Shown piece by piece: positions 9,292-18,100 of a stretch of 64,000 nt of DNA. A program made the position numbers and the translations under genes. Below the pieces are notes generated by a model. It did no database searches and was not told the DNA's origin. It worked only from the letters and a program-made list of their open reading frames with translations. Within the stretch, counting starts at the first letter, position 1. Every line of letters starts with the position of its first letter. Origin of the DNA: Patescibacteria group bacterium (GTDB lineage Bacteria > Patescibacteriota > Patescibacteriia > Magasanikbacterales > GWA2-37-8); NCBI GenBank assembly GCA_004321885.1, contig SCQK01000007.1, forward strand, positions 1 to 64,000. The letters are read 5' to 3'.

Positions 9292-10485
9292 TCAGATGCC
9301 CATTTTCTTTCTAATGAACGCCGGTATTTCCAATTCCTCGTCATCGCCCTTGGGTTTGCTTTGGACGGACGCGAGCGGAGCGGCGGTTTTTTGAATTATC
9401 TGTTTGAATTTCTTTTCTTCCTCCTCTTCTTCCTTTTGTGTTTTTCTGGCAAAACTGCTTGACCCGAATTTGCCGGCCGAAAAAATGCCGGACGCGACCG
9501 CCGGTTCTTCCACGGCCGCGTAAGTCGGACGCCGATCGTCAAAGCCCGTGGCTACCACGGTGATGCGCACACTGTCCCCGGCCGCTTCGTCTATCACGGA
9601 CCCAAAAATAATTTTTGCGTCTTCGGCGGCCGAGCTGGTGATGATTTTGGCGGCCTCGCTCACTTCATTCATCGTCAAATCCGAACCGCCGGTGACCGTA
9701 AATAAAATCCCGCGCGCCCCGTCTATGGAAAGCTCCAAAAGGGGGCTGGAAATGGCGGCCTTGGCCGCGTCTGTGGCCCGGTTCTCGCCCGTGCCCACGC
9801 CAATGCCCATCAGGGCCGAACCGGCTTCGCGCATGATGGTTTTCACGTCCGCGAAATCCACATTTATCAGGCCCGGAATGGTGATAAGTTCGGCAATGCC
9901 CTGCACGCCCTGGCGCAAAACATCGTCCACGATTTTGAAAGAATCAAGCAGGGTGGTTTTTTTGTCAATGACCTGCAAAACGCGGTCGTTCGGAATGGTG
10001 ATAATCGCGTCTACGTTGCGAGCCAAGAGTTCCCAGCCCTTGTCCGCGATATCGCGCCTTTGCGGCCCCTCAAAACCAAACGGCTTGGTAACCACGGCCA
10101 CGGTAAGCGCGCCCAGCTCTTTGGCCACGGCCGCCACCACGGGCCCGGCGCCGGTGCCGGTGCCGCCGCCCAAACCGCAGGTGATAAAAACCATGTCTGA
10201 ATCCTTTAAGGTGTCGCGAATTTCATTCTGGGATTCCTCGGCCGCCTTGCGCCCCAAATCCGGGTCCATGCCCGCGCCCAGGCCGCGCGTGACACTTTTG
10301 CCGATATGCAATTTTTGCGGGGCCGCGTTGTGATGCAGGGCCTGCACATCGGTGTTCATCACGATAAAATCAACACCGCGAATTTTCCCCGAAATCATCC
10401 GGTTGACCGCCGAATTGCCCGACCCCCCCACGCCAACCACTTTTATTTTCGCGAAAGTTTCAATGTCCGGTTTTACTTGCGGCAT
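9292..10485 (-). CDS. ftsZ: Cell division GTPase FtsZ
   Basis: IKVVGVGGSGNSAVNRMI and the tubulin signature GLGGGTGTGAGPVVA are present. The C-terminal tail is acidic. Confidence 0.95.
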   Translation of the reverse strand: MPQVKPDIETFAKIKVVGVGGSGNSAVNRMISGKIRGVDFIVMNTDVQALHHNAAPQKLHIGKSVTRGLGAGMDPDLGRKAAEESQNEIRDTLKDSDMVFITCGLGGGTGTGAGPVVAAVAKELGALTVAVVTKPFGFEGPQRRDIADKGWELLARNVDAIITIPNDRVLQVIDKKTTLLDSFKIVDDVLRQGVQGIAELITIPGLINVDFADVKTIMREAGSALMGIGVGTGENRATDAAKAAISSPLLELSIDGARGILFTVTGGSDLTMNEVSEAAKIITSSAAEDAKIIFGSVIDEAAGDSVRITVVATGFDDRRPTYAAVEEPAVASGIFSAGKFGSSSFARKTQKEEEEEEKKFKQIIQKTAAPLASVQSKPKGDDEELEIPAFIRKKMGI

Positions 10486-10493
10486 ATCATTGT

Positions 10494-10523
10494 CATTAAA
10501 AATAGCGGAGACAATCTCCGCTA
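10494..10523 (-). terminator. Rho-independent terminator after ftsA
   Basis: Hairpin agcggagacaatctccgct. On the minus strand it is followed by a T-run (plus-strand A-run at 10496-10503). Confidence 0.55.
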
Positions 10524-10578
10524 TATATTTTATCTTTTCGCCAAATCGCTGTCAAGCAAGTATGAACACATTTTGTAT

Positions 10579-11838
10579 TCAAGGGATTAAAGTCTTTATC
10601 CACTTCTTCAATTTGCCGCCGGCACGTCCCATTGTCTTGTCCAAAAATGAAACTCCGCCGCTATGCTCGCCGGCCGCTTGCGCGCCCCATTTCACCATGC
10701 CGATGGCCGTGGCAAATCCCAGGTCGTTTACTTTATCAGTGACGCTCATCAGCCCGAGCGGATAGCCCAGGGCCGAGGGCAGGCGCAAGACCCGCTTGGA
10801 AAATTCCACCAAGCCGGCGAGCTTGGCGCCGGCGCCGGAAAAAATCACCCCGGCCGGCAACAGGCCCGAGCGCTGTACCTGACGCAGCTGCTCGTCCACC
10901 TTCTGCAAAATTTCTTCCATTCTGGCCGCCACGATTTCGCATAAATATTTTCTCTTCACGATTTCGTGCTTTTCCGAACCCAAATCAAACAAATCTATTT
11001 CTTCTTTTTTGGCCAGCGGCTCCAGCACGCATTCGCCGTATTCAATCTTTATCCGCTCGGCGATATCCACGGAGGTGCGCAAACCAATGGCAATATCATT
11101 GGTAATGTTGCCCGAACCCAGCGGCACCGAGGCCGTGTGCAAAAGCTCGCCTTCCTCAAACACGGCCAGACTGGTGGACGCTCCGCCGATGTTGACCACG
11201 GCCGTGCCCAATTCTTTTTGCCGCCGCGTGGCCGCGGCCTCGGCCACGGCCAAAATAGATAGGGCCAGGTCGTCTATCTCCAGGCCTGCCCGATAGACCG
11301 ATTTGGTGAGATTTTTTAATTGCGAAGAAGAACCCAGCACAATGCTGGTATCCACTTCCAGCCGCACGCCGGTCATGCCCACCGGGTCTTTGAGCGCGAG
11401 CTGGCCGTCCACGCCAAAACTGCGCGGCAAAACATGCAAAACCTCGTAATTAAGCGGCGTGGCGATGGATTTGGCCGCGTCCAGGGCTCTTTGCACGTCT
11501 TCTTCGGCGATTTCGCTGTTGGCTTTGGAGACAGCCACCACTCCCTTGCTCGGCTGAACCAGCACGTGTTGCGACGGCACGCCCACCCACACGCTGACAA
11601 TGGGCATGCCCACCATCCGCTCGCATCTTTCCAGGCAAGCTGAAATGGAAGACACCGCGTCTTCAATGCTTTCTATTTTTCCCTTATTCACTCCCTCGGA
11701 GCCGTATTCAGCCGCTCCTAAAATCTGCAGTTCTTTTTCACCGTCTTCTTTTTCCACCACTTGTCCCACGGCCATCCGCACCGCCGAAGAGCCTATGTCA
11801 AGACCGCCGATTAAATGGCTGTTTCTGTGTTTAGACAT
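10579..11838 (-). CDS. ftsA: Cell division protein FtsA
   Basis: 419 aa with an actin-like ATPase N-terminus LIGGLDIGSSAVRMAVGQV. It sits immediately upstream of ftsZ. Confidence 0.9.
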   Translation of the reverse strand: MSKHRNSHLIGGLDIGSSAVRMAVGQVVEKEDGEKELQILGAAEYGSEGVNKGKIESIEDAVSSISACLERCERMVGMPIVSVWVGVPSQHVLVQPSKGVVAVSKANSEIAEEDVQRALDAAKSIATPLNYEVLHVLPRSFGVDGQLALKDPVGMTGVRLEVDTSIVLGSSSQLKNLTKSVYRAGLEIDDLALSILAVAEAAATRRQKELGTAVVNIGGASTSLAVFEEGELLHTASVPLGSGNITNDIAIGLRTSVDIAERIKIEYGECVLEPLAKKEEIDLFDLGSEKHEIVKRKYLCEIVAARMEEILQKVDEQLRQVQRSGLLPAGVIFSGAGAKLAGLVEFSKRVLRLPSALGYPLGLMSVTDKVNDLGFATAIGMVKWGAQAAGEHSGGVSFLDKTMGRAGGKLKKWIKTLIP

Positions 11839-11846
11839 ATAATTTA

Positions 11847-11894
11847 CCCCTACCTTCCCTCCCCCTTAAAAAGGGGGGGGACAGGAGGGGGTAG
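11847..11894. repeat. G-rich palindromic element (family B) upstream of ftsA
   Basis: Sequence cccctaccttccctcccccttaaaaaggggggggacaggagggggtag. Confidence 0.65.
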
Positions 11895-11910
11895 ATTCAA
11901 ACATTATACA

Positions 11911-12273
11911 TTATCTCACTAAATTTATAAAGTGCGGAATAAAAATCATCAGCCCGATGACGGCCGCGAAAAGCGCCGTAAGCAAAACCGCGCCGGCTGT
12001 CGCATCTTTTATGTCGCGCACGTAATGATGCAAGCGCGGCTTGAGCAAATCATTAAAATACTCCAGGGCCGTATTTAAAATTTCCATCACCAACACCATC
12101 AATATCAAAAGCAGAATCAGGATACGCTCCCAGCGCGCCAGCGGAAAAATAATAGACAACGCGAAAACTATAACACCGGCCGCTGTTTGCGCGCGAAAAT
12201 TATATTGCGACCTAAAAACAAATTTTAATCCGCGGCCCGCGGCCGCGATGCTTTTTGTGAGACGCTTAAACAT
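11911..12273 (-). CDS. dgkA: Diacylglycerol kinase / undecaprenol kinase
   Basis: 120-aa polytopic membrane protein. VLVMEILNTALE matches the E. coli DgkA sequence VMIVEILNSAIE. Confidence 0.7.
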   Translation of the reverse strand: MFKRLTKSIAAAGRGLKFVFRSQYNFRAQTAAGVIVFALSIIFPLARWERILILLLILMVLVMEILNTALEYFNDLLKPRLHHYVRDIKDATAGAVLLTALFAAVIGLMIFIPHFINLVR

Positions 12274-12683
12274 ACAATTCTTTCCTGCAAGCCAAACATA
12301 ATTTTGGCTTCTTTTTTTGCGATATGGTCATAGCCGGCCAAATGCAAAAGGCCGTGAACCAAAACGCGCGCAAATTCTTCTTTTTCCAAAACTCCGCATT
12401 CCTTGGCTTGCCTTTTTATCCGCGCGGGCGACAAATAAATTTGTCCGAACGTTTCGCCCTTAATTTTTTTTTCTTCCTGCCAGGCAAAAGCCAAAACATC
12501 GGTAACCACGTTTCGCCCGCGCCACCGATAATTCAACTTTTTCATGGCCGCGTCTCCTATGATATTCACTTCGGCTTCGCCGCGCAATTTTTTTTCCAAT
12601 TTGGCCGCGGCCGCCGCTGTTTTGGAAATAAAACCGTCGCTCAACCGACACTGCGTTTCCCTGTTTATCACAAGCCGTATCAT
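12225..12683 (-). CDS. ybeY: rRNA maturation endoribonuclease YbeY
   Basis: Zinc-binding motif HGLLHLAGYDH. Confidence 0.85.
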   Translation of the reverse strand: MIRLVINRETQCRLSDGFISKTAAAAAKLEKKLRGEAEVNIIGDAAMKKLNYRWRGRNVVTDVLAFAWQEEKKIKGETFGQIYLSPARIKRQAKECGVLEKEEFARVLVHGLLHLAGYDHIAKKEAKIMFGLQERIVCLSVSQKASRPRAAD

Positions 12684-12684
12684 A

Positions 12685-13782
12685 TTATGGCGTGGGGGTG
12701 ACTGTGGCCGCGAATCTAAAACTGCGCGCGAGCATTTTAATCACGATGCCGTAATTTACCGCGGCCGCTTCCCCGGGATGATAAAGCAGAGCGTACATTC
12801 TGTTGCCGTCGGTGAAATAATAGACCAGCCAATCAGCCCGGCGCTTGGCCGGCAATTTGAAAAAGGTTTCAAAATCCACCACTTCGGCGTACTTTTCGCC
12901 GGGCGCCCACTTGGCAAACCAGTCCGCAAAAGTCCGTGTCTCGTCGTTCAGCTCAAACGCGCGCACCTCAATATTTTCTCCACCCAATGTGCTGAAAAGA
13001 ACATCGCTGTAAGTCTGGTCCGTGTCGCCCACAGCCCAATCATTGGGATAATACAGCGAATAGCCGTAGACCGGATTAGTGTATTCTTTGACAGTGCCGG
13101 CTTCAATCAATTTTTCCGGCTCCATGCCTTTGGGATTGTATAAATTGTAAACTTCGTGGCCGTCGTTGTGGCTGTCGCCGTCTTTGTCCGGGTTGTCCTT
13201 GTCCGTGCCAAAAATTGCTTCAGCCTCATCGGCAATGTCGTCTTTGTCCAAATCAAACGCCAGCGACAAAAAAGGCGAGGGGAAATTTAAGGCCGCTTCG
13301 CCGATGCTAATAGTGGTCGTCGGCTCGTTCACTGCCGTGCTCGTGGGCTCGGCCAAAACCAACACTGGTTCTTCCGCGACCGGTTCTGGCGCCGGCGCGA
13401 GAACCGGCGGAGGCGGCGCCACAGCTGTTTTTTGCTTCGTGGCCTGGTTCCAATAATACCAGCCGACCAGGCCAACGGCCAAAACAAACAAAACCGCGGC
13501 CGCCAGCGCCATAAATTTTTTACTGGCCAACAGATTGGCCGGATGCAAATTGTCGCCGGCGCCGGCCGCGGCGTCTTTATCCATCAATTTCTTTTCCGAC
13601 GCGGTCAGAACAGGCTTTTGTTCCAAAATTATTTCCTTTTCCACTTTTTTGAATTTGATGGCAGGATTCTGGCCCGCGTAAAAATCCGGCGGTATGGTTT
13701 GCACCTCCAATTTGGATTCTTCGGCTGAGATTGTCGGCTTTTTACCAAACATAGAACCACTAATTTTATCCACTAATCGCAC
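12685..13782 (-). CDS. Membrane-anchored protein with thrombospondin-type-3-like Ca-binding repeats (tandem paralog 3 of 3)
   Basis: N-terminal transmembrane segment, Pro/Ala-rich linker, DKDNPDKDGDSHNDGHEVYNLYNPKG and a C-terminal beta-rich domain. It shares the 5' motif with pyk. Confidence 0.6.
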   Translation of the reverse strand: MRLVDKISGSMFGKKPTISAEESKLEVQTIPPDFYAGQNPAIKFKKVEKEIILEQKPVLTASEKKLMDKDAAAGAGDNLHPANLLASKKFMALAAAVLFVLAVGLVGWYYWNQATKQKTAVAPPPPVLAPAPEPVAEEPVLVLAEPTSTAVNEPTTTISIGEAALNFPSPFLSLAFDLDKDDIADEAEAIFGTDKDNPDKDGDSHNDGHEVYNLYNPKGMEPEKLIEAGTVKEYTNPVYGYSLYYPNDWAVGDTDQTYSDVLFSTLGGENIEVRAFELNDETRTFADWFAKWAPGEKYAEVVDFETFFKLPAKRRADWLVYYFTDGNRMYALLYHPGEAAAVNYGIVIKMLARSFRFAATVTPTP

Positions 13783-13791
13783 TAATTGGCG
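13750..13791 (-). promoter_or_regulatory. Second copy of the ATTAGTG-triplet 5' motif
   Basis: The sequence cited at 8270 recurs here, spanning the start of the CDS at 13782. Confidence 0.5.
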
Positions 13792-14669
13792 ACTGTATTC
13801 GTTGCCGGCTGGGGTGCGAACAGTTTGCCCGGGCCCAAGGGATTGTAACCGTTCCTGACTTCTTTGCCGTCAACATAGCTGTCGCCGTCGGTGTCCGGAT
13901 TCAACGGGTCGGTTTTCCAGATAATCACTTCATCGCCGTCGGTCAGGCCGTCGCTATCGCTGTCTGTTTTTTCCGGGTCAGTGCCCAATTCTTTTTCCCG
14001 AACATCATCCAGGCCGTCTTTATCCGTATCCACGGCCTCGCCAAATAGTATTGTATCATTTTTCATCTTGTTTGGCACTTCCGTGGAAGTGGGAGGAGGC
14101 GCGGCGCCAGAGTCAGCGGCAGTTCCCACGCTGGCTCCATAGTCCCCCGCAGGGGGCGGCTGTGGAGCCGAAGTGCTGGCATTGGGCTCCACAGCCCCGA
14201 CTAAGTCGGGGACTATGGAGCCAGCCGGAGTGAGACTCGCGGGCTTGGCCGCAGGTTGTTTGATAAATTTTCCATAAGCCCACCAGCCGCCGCCCAAGAG
14301 CACGATAACAAGCGCTATGGCCAGTACCACCTTGCCGACTATCGGCGCCTTCATTTTGTAGGCCGGAATTTCACTGCTCAAATCTTCAAAACCAACCGGC
14401 GGGGTTTGCACGCGTAAATTCATCTCCCTGCCGCTGTCTTCCATCAATGGCTTCTTCTTCAAAAGCCCGGCGGATAAAGCGTCGGCTGTCGGCGCTGACG
14501 CGGTCGTTGTCGTTCCCCCCTTTATAAGAGCCTGCCCCGAACTTGTTTCGGGAGGGGACGCTGGGTGGTAATCCGCGTTTGCCTTCTTCTCCACCCCGTC
14601 AAAAATATCCACGGGCTCGCCGGGTAAATTGGCTGGCGGCGCGCTGGCCGCTTTTTGGTCGTCAAACAT
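13782..14669 (-). CDS. Membrane-anchored TSP3-repeat protein (tandem paralog 2 of 3)
   Basis: TDPEKTDSDSDGLTDGDEVIIWKTDPLNPDTDGDSYVDGKEVRNGYNPLGPG. The ORF extends to 14756 through a palindromic element; the start is taken at MFDDQK. Confidence 0.6.
   Translation of the reverse strand: MFDDQKAASAPPANLPGEPVDIFDGVEKKANADYHPASPPETSSGQALIKGGTTTTASAPTADALSAGLLKKKPLMEDSGREMNLRVQTPPVGFEDLSSEIPAYKMKAPIVGKVVLAIALVIVLLGGGWWAYGKFIKQPAAKPASLTPAGSIVPDLVGAVEPNASTSAPQPPPAGDYGASVGTAADSGAAPPPTSTEVPNKMKNDTILFGEAVDTDKDGLDDVREKELGTDPEKTDSDSDGLTDGDEVIIWKTDPLNPDTDGDSYVDGKEVRNGYNPLGPGKLFAPQPATNTVAN
14133..14226. repeat. Nested or compound palindrome (two family A elements in opposite orientation) in frame in the CDS
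   Basis: gctggctccatagtcccccgcagggggcggctgtggagcc, a spacer, then ggctccacagccccgactaagtcggggactatggagccagc. It encodes GSIVPDLVGAVEP. The second half is identical to 52830-52868. Confidence 0.7.
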
Positions 14670-14678
14670 AAATATTTT

Positions 14679-14760
14679 GTCATTGCGAGCGACCGGAGGG
14701 AGCGAAGCAATCCCATCCCTATCCAGGGGATTGCTTCGTCGCTTCGCTCCTCGCAATGAC
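14679..14760. repeat. Long palindromic element gtcattgcgag...ctcgcaatgac (about 35-bp arms)
   Basis: gtcattgcgagcgaccggagggagcgaagcaatccc forms one arm and gggattgcttcgtcgcttcgctcctcgcaatgac the other. It is related to 25805-25894 and 45765-45834. Confidence 0.7.
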
Positions 14761-14762
14761 GA

Positions 14763-15158
14763 TTATTTTTTCAACGGGTTCATCCCCCTTCTCACCTCAT
14801 AGCCGTCGGTTTTTCCGTCGCCATCTGTATCGGCCTTAAGCGGGTTGGTTTTGCGGGTTTTAATTTCATCAAAATCCAGAATACCGTCGCTGTCCGTGTC
14901 GGCCGAATCCGGGCTGGTGCCCAGTTTTTTTTCTTCTTCATTGGAAAGCCCGTCTAAATCCGAATCGGTTTCAGCCGCCTGTTTCACGCGGTCTTCAAAT
15001 TCCTTTTTTATTTTCTCGGCCTCGGTTGTTCTTTGCTGTTCCGAGAACGGCTGACTTGTTGGCGCATTTGATTTGCTTTGCCTAATTAGCCGATAGGCAA
15101 AAAAACCGCCGACCGCAAGCAAAATGATAATGCTCATTAATAAAAATTTTCTGCTCAT
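14763..15158 (-). CDS. Small membrane-anchored TSP3-repeat protein (tandem paralog 1 of 3)
   Basis: 131 aa with an N-terminal transmembrane segment, then TDSDLDGLSNEEE, DTDSDGILDFDE and DTDGDGKTDGYEVRRGMNPLKK. Confidence 0.6.
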   Translation of the reverse strand: MSRKFLLMSIIILLAVGGFFAYRLIRQSKSNAPTSQPFSEQQRTTEAEKIKKEFEDRVKQAAETDSDLDGLSNEEEKKLGTSPDSADTDSDGILDFDEIKTRKTNPLKADTDGDGKTDGYEVRRGMNPLKK

Positions 15159-15170
15159 AATGATATTAAA

Positions 15171-18100
15171 TTACTGACATCGCGGACCATCTGGTGTTTC
15201 AACACAGTTAAAATCACGCGAGCATTGCGGATTGCAACTACTATACACAGAACAACCATTATTCCATGTGCAAGTTTCTACGCATTTACCAGCGCATCTA
15301 GACCCCGTAAAGTTACAAGCATTTTGACACTGAACGCATTTGCCATATCTATTGCACTCATAACCAGAGTCACAACCTCCGCCACGACTTCCACATACGC
15401 CACCGCAACCGTTCGAACCACAGTCTTTACCCGAACAATCCGGCACGCAAGCAGAAACACATTGGCCATTGGTACAGCCGTACTCGCACCAAGAAGAGCC
15501 TAAGAATTCTTCATAGCATTTATCTGTATCCGCATCAGTAACACAACGAACAACGTAATCCCCGCCGCCGCTCCTCGGTCTACATTTTGGATAGCCCGAC
15601 CCCGGTGTACATTCGTCTGTGCAAGCCGGCGGCGGCGCTTTACATTGCCCGGAATCAATCTGACAATTGTTGCAGGTTAAATTTCCGGTAAATCCCGCGC
15701 CAAAACGACTCTCGCAGGTTTGCCCGGCCGGAACATTTCCTTCGCATTCTTCTCCTGCTTCAATTTTTCCATTGCCGCAAACCGGACCACTGGGCGCGTT
15801 TGACACGCAAGCCCCATAACCGTCGCATTTGCCGCTGCCGCCGCCCGCCGGAATGCAGGCGGCTCCGGACGGCTTAAACGAATCACCCGGACAATATTCA
15901 GACGCGCTGTCGCATTTTTCCACGACATCGCACTCGCCCACCGCGCCGCGGCACTCAACGCCGGCCTTATCCTTACAAAATCCGCTGGCAGTGGTGGCCC
16001 CACAGACGCTGTAATCAAAATACATTTTATCGGTTACTATTTTGTTTATATCCCGGATATTATCAACGCCAACATTGTTATTTAAGCTGACGCAAACATT
16101 AAACACCTGCCAATAGCTCGCTTTCGCGTTGGCCGACAACTGGGCACCACTCAAATAATATGTCTTGTCCGGCAAATCAAAATGGCGGTAATAGTGAGAA
16201 TCAGACCCGGCCCCGGCCTCGGGAAAATACACATCCACTTTTAATTTTGCTGATGCGCCAAAATTTTTGATTGACTCTCCAGGCAGGCGCACGTAAAAAC
16301 TGTACAGCTGATTCTTAGTCACCACCATGTCGCCGCCATTAGTGATTTTGGACGCGTCAACAGTAAAGGCCAGCTCGTTGGATTTGGCCAAAGTATTGCC
16401 AGAACCATGATACCAAATGCCATATGTGTCGGAATTAATATAGTATTCCGCGCCTTTAACCGGAGTAACTGAATTATCTTCAACCGGCGGCTTACCGACT
16501 CCGCCCGGTCCGTAAAAACCGCTGTTGAAACTGCGGTCTCCAATCCAGGTCGTAACAATGCGGACATCGTTGGGACGCGCCTTCGTCACCGGCTCAGTTG
16601 TTTTGGGGATCACAGGCGACAAAATCAAATCATAATGCCAAGGGTTTGTTTCGCTCTCTTTTTGCGAGTAAATCGGAAAATCACGATGGCGCGCGGCGAT
16701 ATCGCTGTTGATGTTCATCTGATACTTGCAGGCCGGATCGCTGTGTATGCGCGCCAATGGCGCCGGAGGCACATTCCCCCAACCTTCATGCAGGGAATAT
16801 TTTATATCAGATGATTGATTCCATTGCCTGCCGCTAATCAGTTTTTCCTCGCCGGTCATGGTTTTGATATACGTATAAAAACCGCCGTTCGTAGCACCAC
16901 CGTTTAATGGATTGGTTGATTTCGGATCCAGCACATTGATTATTTCCCCGCCCACCTCCACGCCATTGGCATTGTCCAAACCGCACTTCACGCAGTCATC
17001 GGACGGCGTTAGTTTCATGCAATTTTCAGAACAAGTTTTCTGCCCCACTTTATAAACACCGGGTTCCGGCGTGTTAACCGACTCCTCCTCGCAGGTATAC
17101 ACGGCATAGCCGTTAAAATTGGAATTTTTTATCATTTGTGTGGCGCCGGCCAGATATTCCGCGCTGTAAAGTGTTTTACCAACTGTCTCGCACTTTTCCG
17201 GCCCGTTAAGCAAACTGTCGCCGCAGTATTCTTTTGGCTGGACATCTATGGTATTTTTGCAATCAACTGAACAGTACGAACATGATTTTCCATAAGAGGG
17301 CGCGCAGGGCTTGCCGTTTTTGGCCGCGCCTTCGTCGCAGGCCTCACCCGTGGCCACTACTTTGTCCCCGCAAGAGCCGGCCGGGGCCGGTGTTTGCGCG
17401 GCCGCGGCGCAGGATACGCCAACCGTGTACCGACAGATCGCGTCGCAGACGCTTTTTACCCCGTCCACGCAGGTTGTTTCACTGCCCGGCGGGTCGCATT
17501 GCTCGTCGCTGACTTGCAAAAAATTATCCCCGCAATAAGGCCCGTATTTTTGGCAGTCGGCGGCGCAGGAATCAGTCTGTTTTAGGGCGTATTTTGCCTG
17601 GGCATTGCCCGGGTCGCAAATCTCGTATTTGGAATTTTTCACGCTGTCGCCGCAATAGCCCGGATAGTTCGCCAAATCAGCCGAATTAGCGGCCGGCACT
17701 TTTCCCGAACAAGTTGTATTACATTTGTTCCAAGTACCGTTAAGCTTGCCGTCATCGCACTGCTCGCCGAAATCAAGTTTGTTGTTGCCGCAATTTTTGA
17801 AAGTGGCGCAGTCTACCGGAGCCGCGGCCGACCACTGGCAATCGCTCTCGCATGTCTTCACGGTGCATGCCCCCTTGTCATACACCTTTTGCCCTGGCGG
17901 GTCGCACGCCTCTTTGCCGGCCGTCACATAACCGTCGCCGCAACTGCCCTGGGCCAGGCCCGTAATTTCGCCGCCACCATTGTACTGCAAACAGATGCCC
18001 GTGGGCTCCGAGGTTTTGAATCTGTTTTTATCCACAAAATCATCCACAAACTTAGTCCAATTACTGATACTCGCCCCAATGTCGCCGTCAAAAGGATTTT

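Noticed and set aside
9548-10333. 261-aa plus-strand ORF
   Set aside because: Antisense shadow of ftsZ; a Pro/Ser/Ala-rich artefact.
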